From a bacterium (GTDB lineage: Bacteria > Fibrobacterota > Fibrobacteria > UBA11236), in assembly GCA_900299345.1 (NCBI GenBank), contig OMJM01000062.1, forward strand, positions 80,788 through 144,787: a stretch of 64,000 bases of DNA, given 5' to 3'. The stretch's first letter is position 1, and every line of letters begins with the position of its first letter. Both the position numbers and the translations under genes were made by a program. The notes beneath the pieces were generated by a model, which was not told the origin of the DNA, did no database searches, and worked only from the letters and a program-made list of their open reading frames with translations. This document shows, piece after piece, positions 45,009 to 55,577 of this stretch.

Positions 45009-46142
45009 ATGAAGAAATTCCGGCAGGCCGCCGTGTTGACGGCAACATCTCTCCTTGGACTGGGCATCGCCGCACAAGGTCCACAGTATCGGGGAAGCAA
45101 TACGGACGCCATGGGGCGTTCCGGTACGGCCTCCATTACCGGCCCTTCGGCCATGTATCTGAACCCGGCCGGATTGGCGGGCCTGCAAGGCTATGGTGGG
45201 GAGTTCGAGCTGGAAACCAGCGTCAATGGAACCTTGCTTGATTACGCAAAGTGGGCTGCCGACAACAGTCAGTATTTCAGTCACTTCGACTCGTTGTTAG
45301 CACACATGGACACGTCGCTCGAAAACGTGTGGGCTCCCTATCACGAAGCCTATATGATTCAGGGGCACTACAAGGATCTGGCGTTTTCGCTGAGCCGCAG
45401 CACCCGCACTGCGACGACACTTGCCAAATCGGTGCTGACTCCGGCGGTGGGAGCCGCCATCCTGTCTGATCTGCAGCTTGTCGCGGGCCGAGGATTCGCG
45501 CTCCCCGACGACTGGAACGTAGGCTTCTCCGTCAAGTATCTCTACCGCCAGCGTGCTGACGAAAAACTGTATGGTCCTAACGACGACGAGTACTACGCCA
45601 TCAAGGGCTGTCTCGAAGGCTCCTCAAGCTCACTGACGGATAAATACGACAAAATCACTTGTGCCTCCCGATTTGCGGACGCTCAGTATGGTTTTGGCCT
45701 CAACATGGGCGTGAGCCGCCAATTGCCTTACGGCTTCGCAATCGGAGCTTCGTTGCTGGATCTTCCCACCTTCTTCAACGGCGGATTCATCTACCCACAG
45801 GCGAATGTAGGCGGTGCCTACGCATTGAACATCGATCCCATTCCCGGAATCGAAGCCGTTCGCTACAAACTGCTGATGAACCTCGATTGGCAATCACCGC
45901 TCACGGATGAAGATTGGTTCCGGCAATGGAAAACCGGCGGTTCATTCTCCGGGATCGTCAAAGGCCACGATGTGGCGGTTCTGTCGTTCGGATTGAACGA
46001 AGGCTATCCTACCATCGGCGGACGCGTCGGCTATATCCTGTATGCATACTACCTCTACACGTCACAGGAAACCGGTTACTACCCGGGACAGCGGGGCGAA
46101 AGTTTCCACCGTTTCGGAACCTATCTCAGTCTGAATCTCTGA
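45009..46142 (+). CDS. outer-membrane beta-barrel protein, FadL/TodX/PorV-like family (putative)
   Basis: Signal peptide. N-terminal DAMGRSGTASITGPSAMYLNPAGLAGL resembles the FadL-family hatch motif. Alternating-hydrophobic C-terminal strands. 8 nt downstream of the lipoprotein gene. Confidence 0.45.
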   Translation: MKKFRQAAVLTATSLLGLGIAAQGPQYRGSNTDAMGRSGTASITGPSAMYLNPAGLAGLQGYGGEFELETSVNGTLLDYAKWAADNSQYFSHFDSLLAHMDTSLENVWAPYHEAYMIQGHYKDLAFSLSRSTRTATTLAKSVLTPAVGAAILSDLQLVAGRGFALPDDWNVGFSVKYLYRQRADEKLYGPNDDEYYAIKGCLEGSSSSLTDKYDKITCASRFADAQYGFGLNMGVSRQLPYGFAIGASLLDLPTFFNGGFIYPQANVGGAYALNIDPIPGIEAVRYKLLMNLDWQSPLTDEDWFRQWKTGGSFSGIVKGHDVAVLSFGLNEGYPTIGGRVGYILYAYYLYTSQETGYYPGQRGESFHRFGTYLSLNL

Positions 46143-46165
46143 TTCAGAGTTATCGTGGAATTTCG

Positions 46166-46198
46166 AAAGCCTCCGCTTTTGCGGAGGCTTTTTTGTTG
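46166..46198. terminator. Rho-independent terminator (AAAGCCTCCGC-TTTTG-GCGGAGGCTTTTTT)
   Basis: GC stem plus T-run after the OMP gene; convergent with the HAD gene. Confidence 0.75.
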
Positions 46199-46202
46199 CC
46201 CA

Positions 46203-47012
46203 CTATCGATAAAAATTTCGAAGCACCGCTTCGGGCACAACCATGACTTCATGGACGGAATTTCGGATGGCCTCGGGAGCGCCCGGAACAGCCACAGATT
46301 TTCCGGCGGCAAGAAGCAAGGCCAGGTCGTTGGCGGAATCACCGACCGCGACCACATCGTCGAGAGATAACCTGAGAATCTCCGCGAGCCGTCGTGCACC
46401 CGACAGCTTGGAAATTTTCCTAGGTGTCATTTCCAGCATGTAGCCTTCGTAGAAGGTGTTTCGGATCAAGGCCGTTTCGAGCGGCAAGCCTGCAATCGCA
46501 CTTTGAACTTCGACCAGATCCGGTTCGTGCCCCAGCAGAATGAGTTCCACCACCGATTTGTCCGAGAGTTCATGATACCCTTTGACAGGTTGCGTGTACC
46601 CGGGATTTTTGTCCACGAAATCCCGATTCATGAGATGAAGGTTGCGGTAAAACACATCTGGGCCGCCATCCGGATTGTAGGTAAGGACGATGGGATCGCA
46701 ATTGATTCCACCGAGGGTTTCCGCGGCTTGCAACACGGTTGCATGGAGGAAAAGTTCACGGTGAAGGACCGTTCGTGTGCGGAGATCCTTGACGATCATC
46801 CCGTTGTTCAGGATGGCGAAGTCCACCAATTCTCGCAGTTCCAAGCGATCGATGAGGCGCTGCAGCGTCGTCCAACGCCGTCCCGTGGCCAACACTACGG
46901 GGATTCCCAGGCTGCGACAATGCTGTAATGCCTCGCGATTGGCTTGGGGCAGATTGCCATCGTCGTCGAGCAAGGTGCCGTCGACGTCCGTGATGAACCA
47001 TTTGAATTGCAT
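46203..47012 (-). CDS. Cof-type HAD-IIB family hydrolase
   Basis: [10 protein letters not shown] motif I and GDSANDL motif IV. Start chosen at MQFKWF. Confidence 0.8.
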   Translation of the reverse strand: MQFKWFITDVDGTLLDDDGNLPQANREALQHCRSLGIPVVLATGRRWTTLQRLIDRLELRELVDFAILNNGMIVKDLRTRTVLHRELFLHATVLQAAETLGGINCDPIVLTYNPDGGPDVFYRNLHLMNRDFVDKNPGYTQPVKGYHELSDKSVVELILLGHEPDLVEVQSAIAGLPLETALIRNTFYEGYMLEMTPRKISKLSGARRLAEILRLSLDDVVAVGDSANDLALLLAAGKSVAVPGAPEAIRNSVHEVMVVPEAVLRNFYR

Positions 47013-47049
47013 GCGGGTGACCGGGGCGAATAAAGCATTTTTTCCCGTC

Positions 47050-47403
47050 ATGGCCAAGTTCGACGCGCCCGAAAACGACGAGGATTTGTTCGCGCAATGT
47101 GACTTCGAAGCCTTTCGCGCCTCCGGCAAGGGCGGGCAGCATGTGAACAAGACCGACAGCGCCGTGCGTCTGCATCATCGCCCCACCGGCATCACCGTGA
47201 CCTGTCAGGAATCACGCAGCCAGTGGCAGAATCGGTATTATTGCCTTCAGAAATTGCGCCATCGCATTGCGGCGCTGAATGTGGTGGTCAAACCGCGCAA
47301 ACCCACAAAAAAAACCAAGTCGTCGAAACAACGGAATCGCGTCGCCAAGGCACAGCATTCGGAAAAGAAAAAACAACGATCGAATAAAAATTGGGACCCG
47401 TAG
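47050..47403 (+). CDS. arfB: alternative ribosome-rescue factor ArfB (peptidyl-tRNA hydrolase, GGQ protein)
   Basis: [20 protein letters not shown] motif and a basic C-terminal tail. The internal start avoids overlap with the divergent HAD gene. Confidence 0.8.
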   Translation: MAKFDAPENDEDLFAQCDFEAFRASGKGGQHVNKTDSAVRLHHRPTGITVTCQESRSQWQNRYYCLQKLRHRIAALNVVVKPRKPTKKTKSSKQRNRVAKAQHSEKKKQRSNKNWDP

Positions 47404-47449
47404 GGCCGGTTGTAGGGGCGGATTTTAAATCCGCCCCTACAACCGGCCC
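47403..47449. repeat. perfect palindrome: 22-bp stem GGGCCGGTTGTAGGGGCGGATT / loop TTA / AATCCGCCCCTACAACCGGCCC
   Basis: Verified base by base. Lies immediately after the arfB stop and overlaps the last codons of the convergent DUF218 gene. Likely a bidirectional terminator or REP-like element. Confidence 0.85.
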
Positions 47450-48216
47450 ATCAATTTATACGCGGCCAACCCCATGTATTCATGCAGTGCGTTGACTGTT
47501 TCATTCAACGCCCACTCGACTGGAAAAAAGCGGAAGGGCTGTGTCAGGGGTTTCTCACCGGCACGGAAGTCCGTGGGTGCAGGATGCACGATGAATCCTT
47601 GTTTGCGGAACAACTGCGCGGCGCGTGGCATGTGAGTCGCGCTGGTCACGAGAAGAATGTCCTTTTTCATTCCCCGTTTTTCGAAAAGCTGCATCGTGTA
47701 TAACGCATCTTCATACGTGTTCTGACTTCGTGAAACCCTCAGAATAGCACTGTCAGGAACGGCAAAAAGTTCGGAAAGCACACGGGCGTACATGGACGCA
47801 TCATCCTCACTCTGACCTGTCAGGAATGGAACAGATCCACCTGTGGTCACGACCACCGGGGCCAGTCCCTGTTGCCACAGGCGCGCGGCCTGCAACAGCC
47901 GATCGCCGCATTCGTTAAGCTCGGGATGACGGCGTGGAAGCGCGGGCGCGATCATCGCTCCCCCCAACAGAACGACGGCGGAGGCTTTCTCGTAGGATTC
48001 CGGTTCGGGATATTGTTTTTCCAATCCACAAATCAAGGCGCGCGAGACGATGGGTGAAGCCGAGGTGTAAAGAATCAATGCCGCCAACAATGTCAATACC
48101 GCCACGAGGATCGCTCTGCGGATCAGCGCAAGGATTCCCGCCGCGAGGCAGAACAGGCAGACGAGGCTGACGGGGGAAAGCAAAGCCGGAATCAACTTGG
48201 AAAGGAATAATCCCAT
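47437..48216 (-). CDS. YdcF/DUF218 (ElyC/SanA-like) family membrane-associated protein
   Basis: N-terminal TM region plus DUF218 core (VVLLGGA....TSATHMPRA). Confidence 0.7.
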   Translation of the reverse strand: MGLFLSKLIPALLSPVSLVCLFCLAAGILALIRRAILVAVLTLLAALILYTSASPIVSRALICGLEKQYPEPESYEKASAVVLLGGAMIAPALPRRHPELNECGDRLLQAARLWQQGLAPVVVTTGGSVPFLTGQSEDDASMYARVLSELFAVPDSAILRVSRSQNTYEDALYTMQLFEKRGMKKDILLVTSATHMPRAAQLFRKQGFIVHPAPTDFRAGEKPLTQPFRFFPVEWALNETVNALHEYMGLAAYKLMGRL

Positions 48217-48275
48217 GCGCTAAAAATTAGCCAGTTTGGGGATTTCCACCGATTTCACGTCCTATATTTGGTTCC

Positions 48276-49364
48276 ATGTCCAGCGTGTTCGGAAATCTTT
48301 TCAAGCTGTCCACCTTCGGCGAGAGCCATGGCGCGGCCGTGGGCGTGGTCGTGGACGGCTGTCCGAGCGGCCTCGCCATCACCGAGGCTGAAATTCAGGC
48401 CGATCTCGATCGCCGACGGCCGGGTCAGAGCAAACTGACAACTCCACGGCAGGAAGCCGATGCCGTGCGCATCCTGTCCGGTATGTTCGAAGGCCGTACG
48501 ACAGGCTCTCCCATTGCCATGATGGTGGAGAACACCGATCAGCGCTCACACGATTACTCCGATATGGCCGAACTCTATCGCCCATCGCACGCGGATTACA
48601 CCTACGATCTCAAATACGGTTTCCGCGATTACCGCGGCGGTGGCCGCGCTTCGGCACGCGAAACCATCGGCCGCGTTGCCGCCGGAGCGATTGCACGAAA
48701 GATTCTCAAACAAGTTTGTGGCACGGAAGTATTGGCCTATGTCTCGCAGGTTGGGACGGAAGACTGCAACATCGATCCGTTGTCAGTGACCCTAGAGCAG
48801 GTCGAAGCCTCTTTGGCACGTTGTCCCGATCCTGAGGCTTCGGCGCGCATGGTTGCAGCCATCGAGGCAGCGCGCAAGGATCAGGACAGCCTCGGCGGCG
48901 TGGTGCAACTGGCGATTAAAGGTCCCCCCTCGGGAATCGGCGAACCCGTCTTTCACCGCGTCGAGGCGGAACTGGCCCGCGCATTCTTGTCGCTTCCGGC
49001 GACCAAGGGATTTGAAATCGGCAGCGGCTTCGCGGGCACACGTTTGTATGGCAGCGAACACAACGATCTATTCATCAACAAGTCGGGGCATATCGGCACG
49101 GAGACCAATCGCTCCGGCGGCGTGCAGGGCGGCATCACCAACGGCGAGCCCATCTTGTGCCGCATTGCCTTCAAGCCGACGGCCACGATTTCAAAACCTC
49201 AGAAGACCGTGGACAAAGAAGGCCATGAGGCCATCCTCAAGGCCAAGGGCCGTCACGATCCGTGCGTTTTACCGCGCGCCGTAGTGATGGTCGAAGCAAT
49301 GGCTTCGCTGGTATTGGTGGATTTGTTTTTGGAACAGCGAGCCCGCGCAGGCCTCATCAAGTAA
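48276..49364 (+). CDS. aroC: chorismate synthase
   Basis: N-terminus GESHG, RPGQSK, plus GRSSARET-like and GGISNG-like motifs. 362 aa. Confidence 0.92.
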   Translation: MSSVFGNLFKLSTFGESHGAAVGVVVDGCPSGLAITEAEIQADLDRRRPGQSKLTTPRQEADAVRILSGMFEGRTTGSPIAMMVENTDQRSHDYSDMAELYRPSHADYTYDLKYGFRDYRGGGRASARETIGRVAAGAIARKILKQVCGTEVLAYVSQVGTEDCNIDPLSVTLEQVEASLARCPDPEASARMVAAIEAARKDQDSLGGVVQLAIKGPPSGIGEPVFHRVEAELARAFLSLPATKGFEIGSGFAGTRLYGSEHNDLFINKSGHIGTETNRSGGVQGGITNGEPILCRIAFKPTATISKPQKTVDKEGHEAILKAKGRHDPCVLPRAVVMVEAMASLVLVDLFLEQRARAGLIK

Positions 49365-49372
49365 AAAGTCTT

Positions 49373-50815
49373 TTACCGCAACGGTGTGCCGGGCAATCGC
49401 ATCAACAACCCGAGAAACACCACCGCCACAACGCAAAAACCGAGCACGAAGATAGCGTTCCAACCCCGCGACCGTTCGATCTCCACAGCACTTTCCGTTT
49501 CGGATTCCATGGGCATCCACAACGCGCGAACCATCTTGAAGTAGAAGAAGAACGACACAAGGCCCAATACCACCGAGCCGATCAAGACGATCATGAATCC
49601 CCGCGAATGCGACAGCGTGGAGCGGAAGGATTCGGAAATGACGGCGAACTTCGCAGCGAAACCCGCCGTGATGGGAATGCCCGCCAAACTGAACAGCATC
49701 AAGGTCAATCCCGACGCGAGCCACGGATGGGTCTTCCCCGCCCCGCGCAGATCATCCACTTCGTCCACGTCCGCGTGTTCCGTACCCAATGCCATGAACG
49801 CCGCCAGCAGACCGAGGCTTGTGAGTCCATAGGTCACGACATAGAAGAGAAATGCCCACGCAGTGTTGAGCAACAGGGTCAACAAAATGAATCCGGCGTT
49901 GGCCACGGCGGAGAATGCCAGCAGCCTCTTGAGCCGCACCTGTGCAATGGCCTGCAGGTTGCCGAACACCGCCGAGCATGCGATCACGCCGAGCAAGATT
50001 GGACGCCAAGTGTGGTTCAGGAATCCGAAAGGACCCCATAGGATCAAACCGAGCAAGCCGAAGGTTGCCACCTTCGCAGGGACGGAAATGAAGGCAAGCG
50101 AAGCCAGATTGGAACCTTCGTAAACATCGGGCAGCCAGAAATGCAATGGAGCCGCACCGACCTTGAAAAGCAATGCCGCCAGCAGGAACACCAGGGACGT
50201 TTTGACCAGCACGATGTCCGCAATGGAACCGGTGAGGAGCAACCCTGCGACCTTTTGCTGAATGGCGGCCAGATGAATTTCTCCCGTTGCACCGTACAGG
50301 AAGGCCAGACCGAGCAGGAACAGGCTGCTGGCGAACACGCCAAGCACGAGATATTTCATTCCGGCTTCGTTGGCGCGGCTGTCGCGATGATTGAATCCCG
50401 CCAGCACATATGACGGTATGGAGACAAGTTCAAAGGCGATGAACAGCGTGGCGAGATCACCAGCCAGCGGAAGATGGAAAATCCCCAACGCAAGCGCCAG
50501 AACCACCATGCGGAAATCTGCGCCGTGAATCTTCACCTTGGAGAGATAATCCTCGGCCAGCACCACGGCGATCAAGGTCAGACCCAGACCCGCATAAGCC
50601 AGTGACTTGCCCAGCACGGTGACACGGATGGCTCCGCCGAAAAATTCCTGCCCAGACGTGAGCTTCAATGCGGTCAGCATGGCGCAAATCGCCAGCGCCG
50701 CCAAAGTGATGACGTGCGACAGGCGATCCTGCCCGCGCGGCCAGATAGACGCAACGACAAGCAGAAGGGCGAACCCGGCAAGCAATGGCAACTGGGTCAG
50801 GAGATAGGCGTTCAT
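49373..50815 (-). CDS. nuoN: NADH-quinone oxidoreductase subunit N
   Basis: 480 aa polytopic antiporter-like subunit; operon position. Confidence 0.88.
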   Translation of the reverse strand: MNAYLLTQLPLLAGFALLLVVASIWPRGQDRLSHVITLAALAICAMLTALKLTSGQEFFGGAIRVTVLGKSLAYAGLGLTLIAVVLAEDYLSKVKIHGADFRMVVLALALGIFHLPLAGDLATLFIAFELVSIPSYVLAGFNHRDSRANEAGMKYLVLGVFASSLFLLGLAFLYGATGEIHLAAIQQKVAGLLLTGSIADIVLVKTSLVFLLAALLFKVGAAPLHFWLPDVYEGSNLASLAFISVPAKVATFGLLGLILWGPFGFLNHTWRPILLGVIACSAVFGNLQAIAQVRLKRLLAFSAVANAGFILLTLLLNTAWAFLFYVVTYGLTSLGLLAAFMALGTEHADVDEVDDLRGAGKTHPWLASGLTLMLFSLAGIPITAGFAAKFAVISESFRSTLSHSRGFMIVLIGSVVLGLVSFFFYFKMVRALWMPMESETESAVEIERSRGWNAIFVLGFCVVAVVFLGLLMRLPGTPLR

Positions 50816-52332
50816 TGTCCCACTCCCATCGCATTCGCAATCAGCAGGGCTTTCTCAACCGGATGCAGCAACAACATGGGGTACAACCCGAGCACCAACC
50901 AGAGAAGACCCATGGCCAAGGCCACGGCGGTTTCTCCCGTGCCCAAATCCCGTTCCAGATTGGCGGGATGATTTTCCGCGGGAACAGAACCGAAAAAGAT
51001 GGCGTGAATAGCGCGGACCAGCGCGGCGGCACCGATCAACGCCCCCAATCCCGCGAACAAGGTCAGCCACGGCGAGACCTTGAATGCCGTGAAATAAATC
51101 AGGATTTCTCCCACGAAATTTCCGAGTCCGGGAAGGCTGGCGCTGGCAAACGCCGACAGCAGCAGGAAAGCGGCGAGACGTCGTTGCGGCCCGCGCAAAC
51201 CGGCAATCAAACGCATATCCGGACTTTGGTTCCCCTTCAAGATGCGGGAATCAAGCGCGAGCAGCATCACCATGATGACGCCGTGGTTGAACGCCAACAG
51301 TATGGCTCCGGAAAGCCCGGTGGAGGTCGCACCCGATTTGACGGCGGCAAACACGCCCAACGCCAGCAACGACAAATGGGACAACGAACCGTAGATCAGG
51401 ATATCGAGAAGGCGCTCTTGCGCCAGGGTGAGCAATGCGCCGTACACCACGCCGATGACCGCCAGAATCTCCAGCGGTGTGGCGAAGTAACGCAGTTCTC
51501 CGACAAAGGTGGGAACCAACACGAAGATGAGTCCGAACGCACCCATCTTCGACATGGCTGCGGACAGCAATGCCCGGCAGGCCGGAGGCGCGGCAGCGTA
51601 GGTGTCGCGCAGCCATCCGTGAAATCCGAACAGCGGGAGCTTGACCGCGAATCCGAGCAGGAACCCTGCGAAGATCCACAACCGCGAAGCGGGAGCAAAC
51701 CGTGCCGCGGCTTCAGCCAGCCCGTGCAGTCCCGGATCACGACCACCGACCACGCACAGCGCGGCGATGGACACGAGCATGGGCAGGCTGCCAGCCAGTG
51801 TGAACAAAACGAAACGCAGCAACACCGGATACACCGAACGGCTGTGACCGATGCTGCCGTAAAGGCCTATCCAGAAATAGACGGAGATGAGCGCCGCTTC
51901 CCAGAAGAAATAGAAGAGGAGGAGCGAATCGGATGTGAACACGCCTGCCAGACTGAAGACCAAGGCGAAAGCGGCGATGTAGTACGACTTGCTGTAACGA
52001 GCCTCATAATCTCGGAGCAGCGTAAACACGACGGGCAGGCAAAGGCCAAGCAACAAAAGGAACGGCGCGTTGCGGCCGTCGAGGAAAAAGCGCGGCGCCA
52101 TTTCGAAACCCGAGACACCCAGGATCAAGTTGGGCCCAGCGAGCTCCAGCCCGCCGAAACGGAATGCGCACACGAAAGCCAGCACCGTCACCACGGCGTA
52201 CGCCCACGAAACGATCAGCGCCATTCCCGCGAGAGATTTTTGCTTCACCGGAAAAAAGGCGAAGAATAAAACGGCCACTAACGGCAGCAGGAGCGCGAGG
52301 GTGAGGAAATCGCTGGGTACTCCGATCATCAT
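50812..52332 (-). CDS. nuoM: NADH-quinone oxidoreductase subunit M
   Basis: Antiporter-like subunit. ATG-ATG start overlaps the nuoL stop (ATGA); the ORF-track 5' extension is rejected. Confidence 0.88.
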   Translation of the reverse strand: MMIGVPSDFLTLALLLPLVAVLFFAFFPVKQKSLAGMALIVSWAYAVVTVLAFVCAFRFGGLELAGPNLILGVSGFEMAPRFFLDGRNAPFLLLLGLCLPVVFTLLRDYEARYSKSYYIAAFALVFSLAGVFTSDSLLLFYFFWEAALISVYFWIGLYGSIGHSRSVYPVLLRFVLFTLAGSLPMLVSIAALCVVGGRDPGLHGLAEAAARFAPASRLWIFAGFLLGFAVKLPLFGFHGWLRDTYAAAPPACRALLSAAMSKMGAFGLIFVLVPTFVGELRYFATPLEILAVIGVVYGALLTLAQERLLDILIYGSLSHLSLLALGVFAAVKSGATSTGLSGAILLAFNHGVIMVMLLALDSRILKGNQSPDMRLIAGLRGPQRRLAAFLLLSAFASASLPGLGNFVGEILIYFTAFKVSPWLTLFAGLGALIGAAALVRAIHAIFFGSVPAENHPANLERDLGTGETAVALAMGLLWLVLGLYPMLLLHPVEKALLIANAMGVGQ

Positions 52333-54227
52333 CCCCTCAACAGGAACCACGCTGCAATGGCGGTGGCCAACAGAATGAAAGCCGCATAGCGATGCGCCTG
52401 TCCGGTTTGAAGCTGACGCAGCAGCAGTGAAAGCCCCGCGCCAATCCATTCAAAGACGTGCAACACGCCGGTGAAAATGGTTTCAAACACCAACCGCATC
52501 GTCCACGCGAGGATTCTCAGCGGCAACACGATGACGACGGCGTACACTGCATCGAAATAAAACTTGTGGGATAGCGGGCCGACATTTCCAAGCCGCAGGC
52601 CGTCCAGCATGTGCAACACGGATTCACGACGACGGGCGTTGGAGAACACAGCGAAACATCCCGCAGCCAGCACGAGGTTCGCGATCAAACCCGGCAACAC
52701 ATGACCCCAGCGAATCGCTTCGATTTCAACAGGTCCACCGGTGATCCAATGCAAAAGACCCGGCCCGCTGCTGAACACCGCAAACACCGGAGCGGCCAAG
52801 GTCAGGATTCCCAACACCACGGGAATGACAATTCCTGTTTCATGTGGTTTCCCGTGTCCATGCGACTCCATGTGACCACCAGAGAGATAACCGAGCAGGC
52901 GGAACAAATACAGCGCGGAAAGCGATTCGACCGTCAGCACGATAGCATACAGGGCGTTTCCGGAAATGTGCAGGTGGAATCCATCCAGACTGGAGGCACG
53001 CAGGGATTCCAACACCGCTTCCTTGGTGAAGAAGCCCGCCGAGAAATACGGAACCAGTCCCGCGCCGCCGAGACAGCCGACCCAGAAGGCGATGCGCGTG
53101 ATCGGAAGCGACTTGAGCACTCCCTGCAACTTGCGCACATCCTGTTCATGATGTGCGGCCAGAATCACACTTCCCGCGGAAAGGAACAGCAGCGCCTTGA
53201 AGAAGGCGTGGCCAAACAGATGCTGCATGGCCGCGTGCGACGAACCGGCGGAAAGCGCGAGGAACATCAACGCAAGATTGGAAAGTGTGGAGTAGGCAAG
53301 GATTTTCTTGATGTCTGTTTGCGTCAACGCAAGGAAGGCGCCAACGATCAAGGTGACCAAGGCGCACAACCCGATGACAAGACGCGCCTGCGGGACCACA
53401 GCGTACAGCCAGTCGAGGCGCATGACCAGATAAATTCCCGCCGTGACCATGGTGGCCGCGTGAATGAGCGCGCTGACCGGCGTGGGGCCGGCCATGGCAT
53501 CCGCGAGCCAGACATGCAAGGGAGCCTGGGCGGATTTCGCGAAGGCCCCGCCCAAGAGCAGCAACGCTGCTGCAACGGCGGCGCGTTCATGTCCCACGAT
53601 GAGTGCGGAACCCTGCGCTGTCAATTCGGAAAGCGAAAGCGTTCCGAACGACATGAACACGATGAACACGCCCAGAATGAAGAGCAAATCGCCGATGCGG
53701 TTGACGAAGAAGGCGCGGAACGCCGCCAACGGAACTCCGGATTCATTCCAGTAATGGCCGATGAGGAGGTAGGAACAGAGACCCACGCCTTCCCAACCGA
53801 GGAAGATTAACGCGAGGTTATCAGACAGCACCAAAGTCAGCATGGACGCGACGAACAGGTTGAGGCTGGCGAAGAAGCGACTTTGCTCGCGATCGTGGCG
53901 CATGTAACCGACCGAATACACCGTGATTAGAAAGCCGAAAAAGGTCACCAAAAGGACCATACACAGACCCACGGAGTCCGCGCGCAATTTCAATCCGGCG
54001 TGAAAAGCGTCGGTGGACAGCCAGGGGCCGAGATCGAGCGACACGGAATTCGCCGAACCGAGAAGCCCCCACGGAAGCATGGTCAGCGCGACGACGAACG
54101 AAATTCCTGCAGCCACAGCGGCGATCACACCGATGGCATTGTACGGCAACAGGCAGCCGAACAGCGCGAGGATCAGCGCGGACGCGGCGGGAACGGCGGG
54201 CAGCGCCAGAAGCCGGAACACGTTCAT
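52329..54227 (-). CDS. nuoL: NADH-quinone oxidoreductase subunit L
   Basis: 632 aa, antiporter-like with a long C-terminal helix region. Confidence 0.9.
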   Translation of the reverse strand: MNVFRLLALPAVPAASALILALFGCLLPYNAIGVIAAVAAGISFVVALTMLPWGLLGSANSVSLDLGPWLSTDAFHAGLKLRADSVGLCMVLLVTFFGFLITVYSVGYMRHDREQSRFFASLNLFVASMLTLVLSDNLALIFLGWEGVGLCSYLLIGHYWNESGVPLAAFRAFFVNRIGDLLFILGVFIVFMSFGTLSLSELTAQGSALIVGHERAAVAAALLLLGGAFAKSAQAPLHVWLADAMAGPTPVSALIHAATMVTAGIYLVMRLDWLYAVVPQARLVIGLCALVTLIVGAFLALTQTDIKKILAYSTLSNLALMFLALSAGSSHAAMQHLFGHAFFKALLFLSAGSVILAAHHEQDVRKLQGVLKSLPITRIAFWVGCLGGAGLVPYFSAGFFTKEAVLESLRASSLDGFHLHISGNALYAIVLTVESLSALYLFRLLGYLSGGHMESHGHGKPHETGIVIPVVLGILTLAAPVFAVFSSGPGLLHWITGGPVEIEAIRWGHVLPGLIANLVLAAGCFAVFSNARRRESVLHMLDGLRLGNVGPLSHKFYFDAVYAVVIVLPLRILAWTMRLVFETIFTGVLHVFEWIGAGLSLLLRQLQTGQAHRYAAFILLATAIAAWFLLRG

Positions 54228-54547
54228 TCGCGGGTTTCTCCCAGCATGGAGATGCGCTCACGAGTGATGTCACGGTAATTGCGGAACAGCACGATAACCA
54301 TGGACAACCCGACGGCCGCTTCGACCGCGGCCACGCCGATGGACAGCATGTACAGGTAATGGCCGGATTCCGATTGACCCCAACGGAAATAGTTGAAGGC
54401 GATCAAAGCGATGTTGACGCCGTTCAGCATCACCTCGACGGAAAGCAAGACCAGAAGCAGGCTGCGTCGGCGCAGCACGCCGAAGCCACCGATCAGAACC
54501 AGCAGCAGCGCCAGCGCCAGACAGTTCGCGAGGTTGAACAATGGCAT
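54224..54547 (-). CDS. nuoK: NADH-quinone oxidoreductase subunit K
   Basis: 107 aa, 3-TM; the conserved Glu residues are present. Confidence 0.88.
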   Translation of the reverse strand: MPLFNLANCLALALLLVLIGGFGVLRRRSLLLVLLSVEVMLNGVNIALIAFNYFRWGQSESGHYLYMLSIGVAAVEAAVGLSMVIVLFRNYRDITRERISMLGETRE

Positions 54548-55110
54548 TACGCATCCCCCGAAATATCGGATCGGCGGCGCCGGCTGAAGTTCAACGCGGC
54601 GATGATGCCCACCAGAATCAGGAAGCTGATCAATTCAAAGGACACCGTAAGAGGATTGTTCGCGGGATCGCGGAAGATCAATTCCGCGAGGGACGCAATC
54701 CCGCCGAATCCGGGTTTGCCCACGGCGGCGGGAGGAAGCGCCATGGCAGCGTGATATACCGGAGGAATGACGATGATTCCGGCTACGGCGAGCAACACGA
54801 GCGTGGAAACCAACCCTTTCCACCGGATCTTCGCATCCTCACCGGGAATCTCCCCGCCCTTGGGCGCAGGGTTGATCATCATGATCACAAAAGTGAACAA
54901 CATCATGATCGCACCACCGTACACCAGAATCTGCAGGATGCCGACGAACGGCGCCTGCATCAGGATGTAAAGCAACGCCGTGGGCAGAAAGGACAGGATC
55001 AACAGCAAGGTCGAACGCACCGGATTCCGAATCAACACCACGGCGGCAGACAGGCCCAGAAGGCCGATGGCGGCGAGGGCGAAGAGAATGTCGATCAACT
55101 GTGGAGGCAC
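54547..55110 (-). CDS. nuoJ: NADH-quinone oxidoreductase subunit J
   Basis: 187 aa membrane subunit; operon position. Confidence 0.85.
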   Translation of the reverse strand: MPPQLIDILFALAAIGLLGLSAAVVLIRNPVRSTLLLILSFLPTALLYILMQAPFVGILQILVYGGAIMMLFTFVIMMINPAPKGGEIPGEDAKIRWKGLVSTLVLLAVAGIIVIPPVYHAAMALPPAAVGKPGFGGIASLAELIFRDPANNPLTVSFELISFLILVGIIAALNFSRRRRSDISGDA

Positions 55111-55124
55111 TGTATCCTTTGAAA

Positions 55125-55577
55125 TTAGTTGTTGAGCAGTTTGTCCATGCCGTAGATGAACTCCTGCCGCGTCTGGTGAACCTTCGGAACCTTGTTGGTC
55201 ATCTCAATGGCTTCCTTGGGACAGGCTTCCACGCAATAGCCGCAATAGATGCACTTGAGCATGTCGATTTCAAACACGCGCGGAATCTTGTCGCGGCCTT
55301 CCCAGTCGGGGGGCGCGGCTTCGGCTTCGATGTTGATGCAATGCGCGGGACAGGCCGTGGCACACATGTAGCAGGCCACGCACTTCATGTGACCCTGTTC
55401 ATCCTTGGTGAGACGATGCTCGCCGCGAAAGCGTTCGCTGATCTTGGGTTTGTGTTCCGGATACTGGATGGTCACGGGTTTGCGGAAAAATTCCCGCAAC
55501 GTGATCAGCATTCCCTTGAGGATCATCGGGATGTAGATGCGCGTGATCCACGACAGGCGATTGGGTTTAGCGGACAT
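55125..55577 (-). CDS. nuoI: NADH-quinone oxidoreductase subunit I (2x[4Fe-4S])
   Basis: Two CxxCxxCxxxCP motifs. Confidence 0.9.
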   Translation of the reverse strand: MSAKPNRLSWITRIYIPMILKGMLITLREFFRKPVTIQYPEHKPKISERFRGEHRLTKDEQGHMKCVACYMCATACPAHCINIEAEAAPPDWEGRDKIPRVFEIDMLKCIYCGYCVEACPKEAIEMTNKVPKVHQTRQEFIYGMDKLLNN

